Part shown: positions 43,189-62,904 of the stretch, piece after piece
Layout: each line of letters opens with the position of its first letter
Numbering within the stretch: position 1 is the stretch's first letter
Source: the human T2T-CHM13v2.0 reference genome, Homo sapiens
Length of the DNA: 64,000 nucleotides
Assembly (NCBI RefSeq): GCF_009914755.1
Contig: NC_060934.1
Reading direction: 5' to 3' (one strand)
The notes under the pieces: model-generated
What the model saw: only the letters and a program-made list of their open reading frames with translations
Told to the model about the DNA's origin: nothing
Database searches by the model: none
Made by a program: the position numbers and the translations under genes

Positions 43189-45565
43189 CAGGCACACCTA
43201 GTTTCATTGTGCTTCATTATATTATGCTTAGCAGATGTTGTGTTTTTCACAAATTGAAGGTTGGTGTCAACACGGCTTCAAGCAAGTTTATCAGCACCAC
43301 TTTCCAACAGCATGTGCTCACTTAATGTCTATTTATCAGATTTTAGTAATTTTTGCAATATTTCAAACTCATTATTATTATATCTGTTATGGTGATCTGT
43401 AATCAGTGATCTTTGATGTTACTATTGTAATTATTCTGGGGTCCCACAAGCTGTGTCCATATAATACTGCAAACCTAATCTGTAAATGGTGTGTTTGTTC
43501 TGACTGCTCCATGTACTGGCTGTTCCCCAATCTCTCTCCTTCTCCTTGGGCCTTCCTATTCTGTGAGACACCAATATTGAAATTAGGTCAATTAATAACC
43601 CTACAATGATCTCTAAGTGTTCAAGTGAAATAAAAAGTCACATTTCTTACTTTAAACCAAAAGCTAGAAATGGTTAAGCTTGGTTATGAAGGCATGTGAA
43701 AAGCCAAGATAGGCTGAAAGCTAGGTCTCTTGCTCCAGACATTTAGCCAGATTGTGATGCAAAGGAAAAGTTCTTCAAGGAAATTAAAAGTGCTACTCCA
43801 GTGAACCCACAAATGATAAGAAAGCAATATAGCCATATTGCTGATAAGGAGAAAGTTTGACTGGTATGGATAGAAAATCAAACCAGCCATAACATTCCCT
43901 TAAGCCAAAACTTAATCTAGAGCAAGGCTGTGACTCTCTTCAATTCTATGAAGGCTGAGAGAGGTGAAGAAGCTGCAGAAGAAAAGTTGGAAGCTAGCAG
44001 AGGTTGGTGCATAAGGTTGAAGGAAAGAAGTCATCTCCACACCAAAGAAGTGCAAAGTGAAGCAGCAAGTACTGATGGAGAAGCTACAGCAAGTTATCCA
44101 GAAGATTTAGCTAACATCATTGATAAAGGTGGCTACACTAAACAGCAGATTTTCAATGGAGACAATGTAGACAGCCTTTTATTGGAAAAAGATGCTACCT
44201 AGGACTTTTGTAACTAATGAGAAGTCAATGCTTGGCTTCAAGGCTTCAAAGCAGTCTGACTCTCTTGTTAGTGGCTAATGCAACTGGTGATTTGAAGTTG
44301 AAGCAAATGCTTGTTGACCATTCTGAAAATCCTAGGGCCCTTAAAAATTATGCTAACCCTACTCTACCTGTGCTCTAGAAAACAAACGCTGGTTGGCAGC
44401 ACTTATGTTTACAACATGGTTTACTGAATATTTTAAGCCCACTGTTGAGACCTCCAGCTCAGAAAAAAAAAATAGTTTTTTCAAAACATTGATGCTCATT
44501 GATAATGCACCCAGTCAACCAAGGCTCTGATGGAGATGTACAAAGAGATCAATGTGTTTTTCTTTTTTTAACGCCTGCTAACACAACATACATTCTTCAG
44601 CTCATGGGATCAAAGAGTAAATCTGATTTTCAAGCCTTATTATTTATGAACTGCATTACATAAGGCTATAGCTGTCATACATGGTGATTCCTCTGATGGA
44701 TCTGGACATGGCAAATTGAAAACCTTCTGGAAAGGATTCACCTTTCTAGATGCCATTACAATCATTTGTGATTCATGGAACATGGTCAAAATATCAACAT
44801 TACCAGGAGTTTAAAAGTTGACTTCAACTCTCACGGATAACTTTGATGAGTTCAAGATTTCAGTAGAGGAAGTAACTGCAGATGTGGTGAAAAGAGCAAG
44901 GGAACTAAAATTAGAACTGGATCCTGAAGATATGACTGAATTGCTGAAATCTCAAGGCAAAACTTGAAAGGATGAGGGATTGCTTCTTATGGATGAGCAA
45001 AGAAAGTGGTTTCATGAAATAGAATCTTCTATTGGGGAAGATGCTATGGACATTGTTGAAATGACAATGAAGACTTTAGAACATTCCATAAGTTGATAAA
45101 GCAGTGACAGGGTTTGAGAAGATTAACTCCAACTTTGAAAGTTCTACTGTGGATAAAATGCTATCAGACAGCATCACATGCTACAGAGAAATCTTTTGTG
45201 AAAGGAAGAGTCAATCAATGTGGTCAACTTCATCGTTGTCTTATTTTAAGAAATTTCCACAGCCACCTCAGTCTTCAACAACCACCACCCTGATTAGTCA
45301 GCAGACATCAACGTTGAGGCAAACAATTATGACTCAATGAAGGCTCTGATGATTGTTAGCATTTTTAAGCAATAAACTGTTTTAAATTAAGGTATGTACA
45401 TTTTTTAGATAATGCTATTTCACACTTAATGGGCCACAGTATAAAGTAAGTATAACTTTTATATGCATTGGAAAACCAAAAAATTTGTGTGACTTGCTTT
45501 ATTGTGACACTCACTTTATTGCAGTGGTCTGGAACAGAGCCCACAGTATCTCCAAGGTATGCCTT
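43189..45565 (+). mobile_element. Tigger1 DNA transposon, essentially full length, transposase disrupted
   Basis: TA|CAGGCACACCT start and AGGTATGCCT end, ~2.38 kb; remnant frame 43930..44202 ([25 protein letters not shown]...[10 protein letters not shown]) is Tigger1/TIGD1-like. Confidence 0.93.
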
Positions 45566-46022
45566 CCTGTCCAGCTGCCTCCTGGGCCACTCAAAGACAC
45601 TGGAAGTAGCTCCTTAGCCAGTGTTATAGCTCAGATCCCTTCACTGAAGTTTGCAAAGTCCTGGGTGCAGAGAAAACTAGCAGCAAAGAGATGGGAAGAG
45701 AGTGTTTACAATATCACCCCATATCTGTCTCTCTTACTTTTCTGGGTGTTAAAGATGACTCTCTGCAGCCACCCCACCGCTCAGCAGCCAGGGCCTGCTT
45801 TCCCACTCTCTGCCCTTCATGGTTTGGTTCAAATATCTTCCTGGGAAGTGCAAATCCCCATATTTAGGCCTAACCCAAGCTGCCTGATTTTCAGTGATGG
45901 CCCTGGAAGAGATCTTGGAGACAGTACAACTGAATTATCTTGTTTTACAAACTAGTGAATGGAGGTGCAGAGGGTTGAAGGATAACTGGTGCAAGGAAAG
46001 AGATGAGAGATGGAGTGAGTGC

Positions 46023-46068
46023 CGTGTGCACGTGTGCACGTGCACACACACACACACACACACACACG
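46023..46068 (+). repeat. Alternating purine-pyrimidine / (CA)n tract
   Basis: Read directly from the sequence. Confidence 0.9.
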
Positions 46069-46163
46069 AAGACATACACAGGGACACACATAAAGGTACA
46101 CACACAAAAAAAACCTAGAGGAAGCTCTAAGGCAAGGAGTCACAGAAGCCTACAGTAGGACCT

Positions 46164-46686
46164 TGTATCAGTCAGCATTCTCCAAAGAAACATAATGAAT
46201 AGGATATATATTTTTTCTTTAATTTAAAAAGTAAAAAAATATATAAGGACTTTATTATAAGGTATTGGTTCATGGAATTATGAAAGCTAAGAAGTCCCAT
46301 GATCTGCGAGCTGGAGACCCAGGAAAGCTAAGGTTGTTATTCAAAGGCTTAAGAACCAGAGAAACAATGGTGTAGATTCCAGCTCAGGTCTGAAGGGCAA
46401 AGAACCAGGAGAGCCAAGGGCAGAAGAAGATTGATGCCCCAGCTCAAGCAGTCAGGCAAAAGGAAGATGAATCCAATCTTCCTCTGCCTTTTTATTCTAT
46501 TCAGTCTCTCAATGGATTGGAGGATGCCCACCCACACTAGGGAGGGCCATCTGCTCTACTTATTCCACCAATTCAAACACTAACCCTGTCCATAAACACC
46601 CTCAGAGACACACCCAGAAATAATGTTTCACAAGCTACTGGGCATCCCATGGCCCAGTCAAGTTCACACTTAAAATTAAGCATCTT
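46164..46686 (-). mobile_element. MLT2-family LTR
   Basis: TGTATCAGTCAGCATTCTCC start; GGCCCAGTCAAGTTCACACTTAAAATTAA end. Confidence 0.88.
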
Positions 46687-47310
46687 GCCAGTCCACCTCT
46701 TGTCAATTTGGCACCCGTATACATTTCCTTAAACCATACTTAATTCCCAAATAAAGACAATAGCAAGGTCATAATTCCACCTATCATGATATAACTATCC
46801 TGCATGCAATAGAAAATACTCTAAGCCCTTCCCCAGGAGAGAAGGTAAAGCCTTCAGGTGATGTTTACTCTTCTTAATATCCCATAACTTCAGAATTATA
46901 ATGTAAAACTAATAATACTTAAATACCAGGACACAAAATCAGTACATATTATGTTACATGTTAAAGGAATAAGAGTAAAGAAAACCTACATATAATACAT
47001 ATATGTGTGTATCCACACACATATATCCACACACACGTATTCATAATAAAGTAGGAGGAAATATTCATGACAATTAATCCTTGTTTCTGTAACCAGTCAT
47101 GTGGTTATAGCTAGTATTTATAACTACTTTCTTCCACTACCCATTCTGTTTTCCCTCTGCCTTCAGTAAGCACCTCAGCTGGTCATGGTTGTTCACCTGG
47201 TGGGCTGACCCAAGCCTTCATTCCTAAAGGTCTGGGTCATTGGTAGTCCTGCCTGGATTGGCCGTTGTAGTTTTCTACTGACATTAATCACAGGGCACGG
47301 TAACACCTAA
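46687..47310 (-). mobile_element. ERVL internal 3' fragment adjoining the MLT2 LTR
   Basis: CTTGTCAATTTGGCACCC...CATTAATCACAGGGCA ERVL-int motifs. Confidence 0.75.
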
Positions 47311-47320
47311 CATGGCAGTC

Positions 47321-51873
<4,553 letters not shown>

Positions 51874-52205
51874 TCCGACTTTTAAAGGGTGCTAGACTCT
51901 CAGTTAATCTCTTTAGCACTTGGAGGCTCTGGAAGGGAAAAGATCTAATTATATTAATAGAGATTCTTTACAGATACAAATTTTCTCCTCATGAAAGATG
52001 GTTTCTTCCAGGGCCATTTCAAATTATGGCAAAGAAACACATTTTGGGGTAAAATATTTGGACTTCCTTTTTTATATGTCATGTGCTCTTATGCCAGGAA
52101 ACCCTCTGATGAGATTTTGTGGTTTGTAAAATCATAAAATGCCTCCCTAGACTCCTTAGATAGGAATTTGGGCAAGACAGAAAAAAGGTCAGCATTTAGT
52201 CCTCA
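51874..52205 (-). mobile_element. MER4-group (MER4D/E-like) LTR, 5' part only
   Basis: Reverse complement begins TGAGGACTAAATGCTGACCTTTTTTCTGTCTTGCCCAAATTCCTATCTAAGG. Confidence 0.75.
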
Positions 52206-53688
52206 CTAGGCAAGGGACTGCCATTTTTCACACTGTAGCCGACATTAATCTTCTGCTTAATCTCTCATGATCTCACTTGATATCATAAGTCAAGTGATAT
52301 CCTACTGGTTTCCTGTGTATCTTGCCACTGGGACTCAGTGGTTTATTCACTGTCATCACAGATCTCTGTGGGCCAGTTCCCCCAAGGGCCATTTTGTCCT
52401 TGCTATCTGTTACAGTGATGACTTGCCTGTCATGTTTACCTGTTGCTCTCTGAGCTCTGCTGTTAAGGACTTCTGTCCCAATTGTTAATACTGGGGAGCT
52501 CAATTTTATAACAGCATCTCCTCCCATCAACCAAGGCCTCCAGAGGACAGTCACCATTAAGCCATTGTTCTTAGCACGTTAGTGAAAGAGGCACCCTCTC
52601 AGGCTTCTGGTCTTATCCAACAAATCCATCCTAACATTCTTACCTCCCTGGGAATATTTATCCCTTTCTTAGGCTCTTCCAGTCCAGTTCCAGCATCTCC
52701 ACCTCACTGACTCTGGGCCATGATTGGGTCTGAATTCAAGAAGCCTTCCCAGCAGTGTACAGGGCCTGGTCCAGGTACCCCTTTGCCAGATGGTTAAATC
52801 CTCAGTCACAGAAGTGTGGCACCATATCAATGAGCTCTCCACTGCCCAGGCTTATCCTTCTTCCTCCCTGGTCTTCACAACCTCCCTCACGATCCATTCC
52901 CAGGCACATTCTACCCAGTCCCTGTCAGTATCCGTGAGGCAGGCCCTGCAGCACTCAGGAGAATAACTCCTTTCTTCCAGTAGCAGGGACAATGCTTTTC
53001 TGCTCAGCCCAGGCTGTGTAAAGATGCCAGTTACTGGCATAAAGCTATGAGGGAAGGCAAGAGAGATCATGGGGAAAGTACACATCATCTCACAAGGCAT
53101 CTGGCCCTGGGGAGGTCTACAAGGTCTCCAGGCAATGGGACAGTGCCCTCCCCTATCAAGCAGGGAACCCCCACCCTCACCCCTGCCAGTCCCAGAAGGC
53201 CTCATCACAGGCTCTAGTTTCCACTCCTTCCCTAACAGGGTCCTGACTGTAGCAGAGAAGACCTACCAGGACCTTGTGCCTCCACATCTTTACAATCCAA
53301 TTTGGGCCTGGTTTTCAGCATCTCCCTTTGTCTAGGAGAGGAGGAACTCTTTAACTACTTCCACAGAAGTCTCCAGCTTTCACGTGGTGCCCTCTGAGTT
53401 GGCAATTGCCTGAACTGAGCCTGTTATTTTTTTCTCCTGGGTTTTTATGGCAGCTACAACCAATCCTTAAAGTGATGATCACCCCTATATTGTTCAATCA
53501 TTAGAGCTATTGCATAAGCCGGTGCACCCCGCTTTTTGTCTGTAACTGTCTCCATCCTCAGCAAGTAAAGACCTTAGTAAATGTGATTCTGCAGCAACCT
53601 GGAAATCATCACCACTTGGTGGCAAGTGATCCAACTCCAGATTGCAATGCTCGAGATCTGCCTCCAAGGCCTCTCCTGGCACCAATGG
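52206..53688 (-). mobile_element. Degenerate ERVL-class internal sequence
   Basis: Adjoins the LTR through PBS-like TTGGTGCCAGGAG (minus strand, ~53673-53685). Confidence 0.55.
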
Positions 53689-54310
<622 letters not shown>

Positions 54311-55243
54311 TCCTGGGGCGTGTCAGTGACAGCATCTGCTATAGACTGCATGTGCATACTTATTTATTTATTTAGAGACAGTCTCATTCTGTTGCCAGGC
54401 TGGAGTGCAGTGGTGCCATCACAGCTACTGCATTTAATTGAGCTGAGGCATATCTTCATCTGTGCAGAGACACATCAGTAAGCCAATACGAGGCAGGCAC
54501 TGGGGTAAACGACATCAGCTGAAGGTGGCTAGTGGTCAGGTAGCAGAGTGCATAATGGAAAAGGGAATGTGGACAGGACAGGTGGACAGTGATTGGGAAG
54601 CAAGACTGAGAACATGGAGCAATGTCTTAGGCAAAGAGGAGTGACCGTGGTGACCGTGAACATTTAGGTACTTTGTGGGTGAAGAAGAATGTCAGAGAAT
54701 GCCCAGAGGAAAGGAGGGGAACATCAAACAGGCATTATTCATATCCTAGCATGGCCAAGGACCAGCCTTGGCGGGCAGGGGGTGATTAAGCTGGTAAAGG
54801 AGCTTTCATGAGCTGGCTCCTCACTTACTCACATGGGCTAAGCATGTGACTTGAAGAGGTCCTATTAGAAAAGCAACCTGTTTCCACACAACAAAAGCCA
54901 GTAGTTGTCCCACACAACATCAAAACAACTGTTCCTTTCAGGCAATTCTCTGAAAGATCAATTGGTTCAGTAGGAAAATAAACAAATACACAAAAACAAT
55001 AGCTAACCTCTCTAGGCAATATACCAAACAGCGAGTGATTATGCCTAAGGAGAGAATCTTCCCCATTTCAGTCAGCTATTTTGATGTGGGCTGACTCAGT
55101 CAGTGCTGGCTAGAGTTAACTCAGGGCTACCTCCCAGCCCAGGGATCTGCTGCAAGAGACATGGCTTCAGCTTGGAACAAGCTAACTGGTCAGCAGTTAC
55201 CATGAATGAGGCACCAAAGAGAACTCAGGGCCAAGGCTAAGGA

Positions 55244-55619
<376 letters not shown>

Positions 55620-55714
55620 TGTCAGCCCTGTCTTTGATCTGGAACATGACTCTGGAACATGCTTCTCCAGGGAGACATGCCTAATGCTTGAATCATATCC
55701 ACAAAGGTACTGGC

Positions 55715-55867
55715 GGGATGAGCCACATAATTTGTGAGGCCCCGTGCAAAACTAAAATGTGGAGAACCCTTGTTGAAAAAGTATTAAGAATTTCAAGGTG
55801 ATGACAACAGAGTATTAAACCAAAGAGGGGGCTGCTGCACAGGTCGCATGCCCGTTAAGCCAGCCTG
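55715..55867. mobile_element. MER45A-like hAT-Tip100 MITE
   Basis: CACATAATTTGTGAGGCCC...AAGAATTTCAAG...CTGCACAGGTCGCATGCCC. Confidence 0.7.
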
Positions 55868-56889
55868 AGGACTGAGCAACCAGGCAGGGTGCAGTGAGCA
55901 CTGGACTGGGAGTCAGCAGCTGCAGGTTTGGTCCTTACCTTGCCACGTGCTTGCTGTGCTACTAGGGGAAGTCACTGGGTTTCTCTGGGTCAAGGTCCCC
56001 CATCTGAAAAAAACCTAAGACAAAGGTGTGAGGGAAATGTTAGGCTTCAAATCTAGTTTGCTATTCAAAAATTGATCTTTTAGGAATCAATATTTCAATA
56101 TTTCCATACCGAAACCCTGAGAAAGCTTTGTTTCAACCAACATCAGTGGCATTCCTGCCAGCCACTGTGCCAGATTCTGGGAACGATGATTAGGAACATT
56201 CACTTCCTTACAGGGCCCATGCTTTCCAAATCCCCATACCAAGAGTGGGGTACAACACTGACAGGCAGAGCAGTTCCACGAAAGGCGCCTTTCCTAGGGA
56301 TCACCCTGCAGAATGATCCCAACCTTGAAGGCTGCGTCTCCTGGAATTGCCTTTGGCAAGAAGTTTAAACCACTAAGAAAGTCAATGCCATTATATGAGT
56401 CACCCTTGTCTTTGCACCTCTTACTATATTACCAAGCTTGATTATCCATCTTGTTTGATAGTTTTAACTCAGAACGACTTTAGACCATTTCAGAAATCTA
56501 AACCCACTTTCAGAGAATTCTTAAAAACATAAAATTGGTTTAGAGTTTCACATTTTGCAGAGTACATTTTACAAGTGCTTTCTTTCTTCTTCAGGAAACA
56601 GAAGTGTTATTTCTAATCCCCATTTTATGTATGTAATTTTTGTCTCTAGTGAAAATAGCCAAAGAAATACACATTTAGCTTTGAAATCAATTACTTAAAA
56701 ATGCCAAGAAGTTTTTGAGAAATGGCAGCATCATAGGGATATGTCTATAGTGTCTTAATGTGACAACTTCAAAGGGGACCCACTCACATAAGTACATAAA
56801 TGCGTGAGTTCTCTCTGACTAAAATAGTTACATAATTTTAGTCACACTCAATGATCTGCTAGGTGTGGGCACATATAAAATGCATCTGA

Positions 56890-57180
<291 letters not shown>

Positions 57181-59254
57181 ATGCATTTAAATAGTTGTTT
57201 GGGAATAGTAGAATTCTTCCTTCAAGTGAAATCTCATGCAAAAGTCTAGTATATTACATAAAACTTGGGTTGATTGAATTAAAACAAGAGAGGGTAACCT
57301 TGTTCATCTGCCCCCTCTCTGTCTCTTCCTCTTCTCTGTTTGCCCCGGTCCTGGGAATGCTAGGATCCCTTGCAGCACAGCTGGAGGATCTTTAGAGAAT
57401 TTGAGAAACCTGTGCAAAAATTAGCTCTAAAACATTATGTTTGACTAGGAATAATGGCTTTTTGACTCAAGGAGAAATAAAGGTAGCTAATCAACTCAGA
57501 GAAGCAATAATTAGTTAATGGAAAAATGCAACCGATTAAATTAAGATTAATGGCATTTTGAAAATTAATCATATTTACATTCCTGGAGCACAACAAGTAT
57601 AGCTTAAATTTGTTTTAAAATATGCACAAATCTTCCCAACCCACACTTACAGCTGTTCTCCTGAACAGAGTTTACATTAAAAACAGTGGCCCACAGCTCA
57701 TTGTGGTTTGTAAGAAGAAAAGCAATATCCTGTTTTCCACCTGATTCCTCCAGGGCGGAGTGGGTGGGGCAGGCAGCCGAGGCAGCCCGAAGCCCCAGAT
57801 GCAGTGCAGGCCCGGCAAATACTAGTGGTTTCTAGTGGTTCCTTTGGGTGGCATCTTTTTTCTGTGGGTTGCTGGGGGAAGGTGAAGAGTGGAGAAACTC
57901 CAGTTCACCCAGAGCCTCAGAGCCCTCGCTGCTGCCTCCCAACCAGGCATTGGAGCCCCTGGAGAGATGCATTCTTTAATTGACATTTGTGCAAACAGTG
58001 GCATTCTTGGGATGGGAGTAGAAATCAAGACCCAAGAAACCTTAAGAGACATAGACATCTATTGGAAATTATGGCATTCATTTCCAAGAGTGTCCCTGTT
58101 GGGGTTGGGCTCGGGAGTAGGGGAGGGATAGTACAGTTCTTGGAACTTGGCCCAGGAGCAAAAATGTGGGCTTGCAGATTTGCCTGCTAATGGAGTCCCC
58201 TTGGCCTTGATGGTCTCAAATGATGAAATAATGCGAAGAAGAATAACACTGTATTGAGTACTTACCTGTGATAAGTTTTTATATCCTTGTTTAATCTCTG
58301 CAAGACCCTTCACAAGGGCCGGGGACTTCGGATTTCATTTCATGTTTAGCCAAGCACCCTGAGCTCTGGAAAGACGGAGCAGCGTAAGTTGCAAGGCCAT
58401 TGAGTGCAGGTTTTTCTCTTGACCTTTGCACCATTCCTGCCACACTGTATGGGCAGACTCAGATGTTTTGTCTATTTCATTAGGGAAGGTGGAGAGTGGC
58501 TGGGTAGGAATACACTCTTCGTACCGCCTCCAAGCCCTAAGACCCTTTTCCGCAGACCCAGCGAGGCCAGTGCTGGGAAAAAGGAGGAGGAGGAGACCAC
58601 CAATACATTCTGGCTCCCAAACCTTCTCACTCAGGCCCCCAGGAGAAGCCAGTGGGGGTGGCCGGGCATGCTGGCCTGGCGGGGGCCCTGTGGCCCTCAG
58701 GTCACCTCTCTCTGGCCATTTTTACCTCTTGGCTCTTCCCAGAAAGCACCGTGGAGCAAAAAAGCCACGGAATTTCCTATGAACACATGGGTTTTACTAC
58801 TTGCTTCCTGCTTCAGGGATTTGGGATACATTTCTATGGTTCTCGTAAATGCTAAAGATAAGGCATGGAATGCAGCACTTACCCCCTCCCTCCCTTCCTC
58901 CAATTTTCAGTCCTCTTAATACAGGAACGGGCGAGACCCCACCCATTCTAATGTACTACCATAAAAATCTGAAAAAAATTCAGACCATCTTGCCAATACC
59001 TTCAGAAATTTAGACTTTCCACAGGGAGTGGAAAATGTTCTGTGTTCTACTTTTAGGTGAAAGAAAAATAAAAGGAGGTGGGAAAAATAGTTAAACAAAA
59101 CATTTATTTCTGTTCAAAGAATTTTTGAAAATTAACAGCAGCTTTCAGGCTTTGGGTCAAAGTAATATTGGGAGTTTATCCTTTGAATCTCTCCTGTTCT
59201 CCAAGCCTAGCAGTTATAAATAAATTTTTTCTTTACATAAAAAAGACAGAGCCA

Positions 59255-59596
<342 letters not shown>

Positions 59597-60349
59597 TTAG
59601 GAGAACAGTATTTTAAATAATAAAAAAGCATCTTGGTATCTTGCATGTCACCTTCCCTTGTTATCAAAGCAATATATTCTCTGGATATTCTGTTCATGAA
59701 CATATTGTGTAGACAACTCCTGTTGGTAGAGGCTTTTCTTGGGAACTGCCAGTGAATGCTTCTCCTTCCCCTTGGGAGGCTGCCATTCCACGTGGCTCTG
59801 GTGAGTCAGAATCCGGCGGTCACGCTGATATTCCATTTGCTCCCTTGACAGGAGAAAAATGTTTCAGAATGACTTAATCCTTTTACTCTCTAGGGTCTTC
59901 CTTCTAAGTGCTCCCTCTTAATTCAATAAAAACTTATCTGTGTTAATACATGTCTGTGTCTGCTGCAGCCTCGCTCGGAGTGTGTTCTGCCTGGTGTTCA
60001 CCCATCGTCTGATAAACGAAATGCCCATGTCTGCTCTTCCTGCTGTTTAGTGGATGTGATGCTGTGGCTGATTGTGGGGAAGGGTTCATTTCCAGTAGTT
60101 GATACCTAATCCCCACAGGAAAATAGGAACCCTGATTGAATAAAACACAGCAGAATTAGATTTCTCAACAAAAATAGAACCAGAAACACCTGTGCACAAT
60201 TGCCTAGGGTGGAATAAGTGACCTTCAGGAGAGTAGGGTTAAGGTGAAGAATTCTGAATGCCCAAGGTGGCCTTTGGGTCAGAACTGGAGGAATAGCCTT
60301 AATACAAGGAGATAACCTTACAATATTTTTCCTCTTTATTTATTTATCT

Positions 60350-62900
60350 GCAACTTTTCTAAAATTATGAAATATTTCAAACACTCAAAATAATCGATGT
60401 TAACATTTTGCCAGATGTCCATCGGGTTGACAAATCTAAGAAATAAAATGTAATAGATGCAACTAAAACCCTGCCCCCAAACATCCCCCATTCTCTTTCC
60501 CCAGAAATCACTGCTTTCTTGAAGCCAACATGCATGTTTTTACTACATATTTATTATCTTTCCATAATCTATGTGCTGTGATGTGCTTTAACACTGACAT
60601 GAATGGAATCCATATCCTTTTACATCTTGCTTTTTTTACTCCGTATCATGTTTTTGAGATTCCATTTATTTATTTTTGCCACAAATAGTTATAGGGTGCC
60701 TATGATGGGCTAGCAGTGTTTTAGGTACAGGGGAAGTGGCATTGAGGAAAAAAAAAAGACAGAGACAAAACCCCTCATGAGACAGACAATAAAAAAGATA
60801 AGTAAAATATATGCTATGGTACAAATGAAATATAGTATGGATGAAAAACATACTATAGCAGTGGTAAATGCTAAGGAGATCATTTAAGGAAGAAAAGAGC
60901 ATAGGGAGTGTGTGCATGTAAGCGGAGCGTGCGGTTGGCATTGGAGACAGACCACGTTGCTTCAGGTTATCCGATGCATGGTATGATCTCTGGGGAGGTG
61001 ACGCCTATGGCACAGAGGGCTGGCTGCAATGTATTAGGTTGGTGCAAAAGTAATTGTGGTTCTTACCATTACTTTTAATGGCAAAAACCGCCATTACTTT
61101 TGCTCCAAACAAAAGTGTCCTTGCTCACTGCTCCGTTGGGAATGACCGAATCATACCATATGCACATCTTCAGTCACTTTCACACCACCTCCCTACACCA
61201 TTGTACCAATATATACTCCCACCAGGAGTGTATTGGAATTCCTATTTCCCTGTGTACTTGCCAGTTCTTTTCGGATTTCTGAGTCTTGCCTTTTTGAAAG
61301 GCATAAGTGATTATTTGTTGCTTTTTAAATTTTTACTTCCCTGACTACTAGCATGACCAAGCATCTCCATGTGGACCCCGTAGTTTTCCTTTCTGGAATT
61401 ATCTGTTCACATCCTTTGCTCCTTTTTCTATGGGATTGTTTGTCTTAATTTTATTCACTTCTATAATTCTTTTACATAGTGTGGATTAGTCCTTTTTCAT
61501 TTACGGGAACTGCAGATGTATTCCCCACCTCTGTAGCTTGTCTTTTTACTTTGTCTATGGCGTCTCTTGTGATGTAGATTAACACCAATGCCATCAAAAT
61601 TATCAAGTCTGTCTATTGTTACTTATAGTTTTTATTTCCTAAGAACTGATTTCCAACCCCAACGCCATAGAGGCATCCTGCTGTATTTTTTTCTAAAAGT
61701 TTTTCTGTTTCCATACAAGTCTGTAATTTATCCAGAATTCAATATTTGTGAATGAAGTAAGATTTTTAAAACTATTTTTCTTTTCATCTGTAGATAGCCA
61801 GTTGTCCCAGCATTGTTTATTGATTCTCTGTTAATGTAATGAGACCTCTGTTCATGGATTCTCTGTTAATGTAATGAGACCTCTGTCCAATGGCAGATTT
61901 TCAGATATGGGGCCCATTGGTCTGTTTATCTGTCTATCACTAGTTCCACCATCCTTATCATCATAGGTTTGTAATAAGTCTTGGTGTCTGGTACAACCCC
62001 CTCCCTCCATTACTAGTCTTTCACAAATCTGCCTTGGCTATGCTTGCCTTTTCTACTCTACCGTAATAATTCTAGGATCAATTTGGAAAATTCCCAGTCA
62101 GGAATTGTATTGCATTGCATTTATAAATTAATTTAACAGAACTGTTAGCTATATATTGAGCCTTTCCATCATGAACATATTTTTTCATTGATCTGGGTCT
62201 TGTTTAATAACCTTTGATACATTCCATATTTTTTAATGAAGACCTAGCACATTTTTTGACACATTACATCCTACTGCAATTTTTTGTAACTACAGAAAAT
62301 GGTGTTTGTAACTGTTTTTATTAATAGTTTTTTGCTGGCATATCGAAGAACTATTTTTTTTACATTGGCCTTATATTTAGCAATGTTGCTGAATTCTCCT
62401 ACTAGTTTATCTGTAGTTTCACTCATTTACCTATTATTTTATCAGCAGATAAACATATTATCTTGAAATATGACTAGAATTTTTTCTTTTCCAATCATTT
62501 TAGGTTTTATTCTTATCTTATTCTATTTCTTTTGTATTTCTTATGATTTTAGGCTAAATTATTAGTAATTAAAAGCTCAGACTTGTTATGTCTTGTGTTG
62601 AATTTTCCTTTGACCATTACATAACAAACTTCTTTATTCCTGACAGTGCTTTTTTGCCTTAAAATGTATTTTATCTGCTATTAATATAGCTGTAGCAGTT
62701 CAATTAGTATTTGCTTTTACTATGAGCTTTTCTGTGTCATTATATTTTCAATAAATTTCTGTAAACAGCATATAACCAATTTTTTTTTAAAGAATCCAGT
62801 CTAAGCCTCTGCATTGTAGCTGGTGGCAAAATATATTAAAATGTATTACAATTAGTAAAGTATTGGGATTTACTTTTATCACTTTCATTTTTTGTTTAAT
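60350..62900 (-). mobile_element. Highly diverged L1M fragments with other insertions
   Basis: TATACTCCCACCAG, GATAGCCAGTTGTCCCAGCA and other antisense ORF2/3'UTR motifs. Confidence 0.6.
61034..61113. mobile_element. MADE1 mariner-derived MITE (80 bp)
   Basis: TA|TTAGGTTGGTGCAAAAGTAATTG...ACTTTTAATGGCAAAAACCGCCATTACTTTTGC inverted-repeat structure. Confidence 0.92.
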
Positions 62901-62904
62901 TCTC

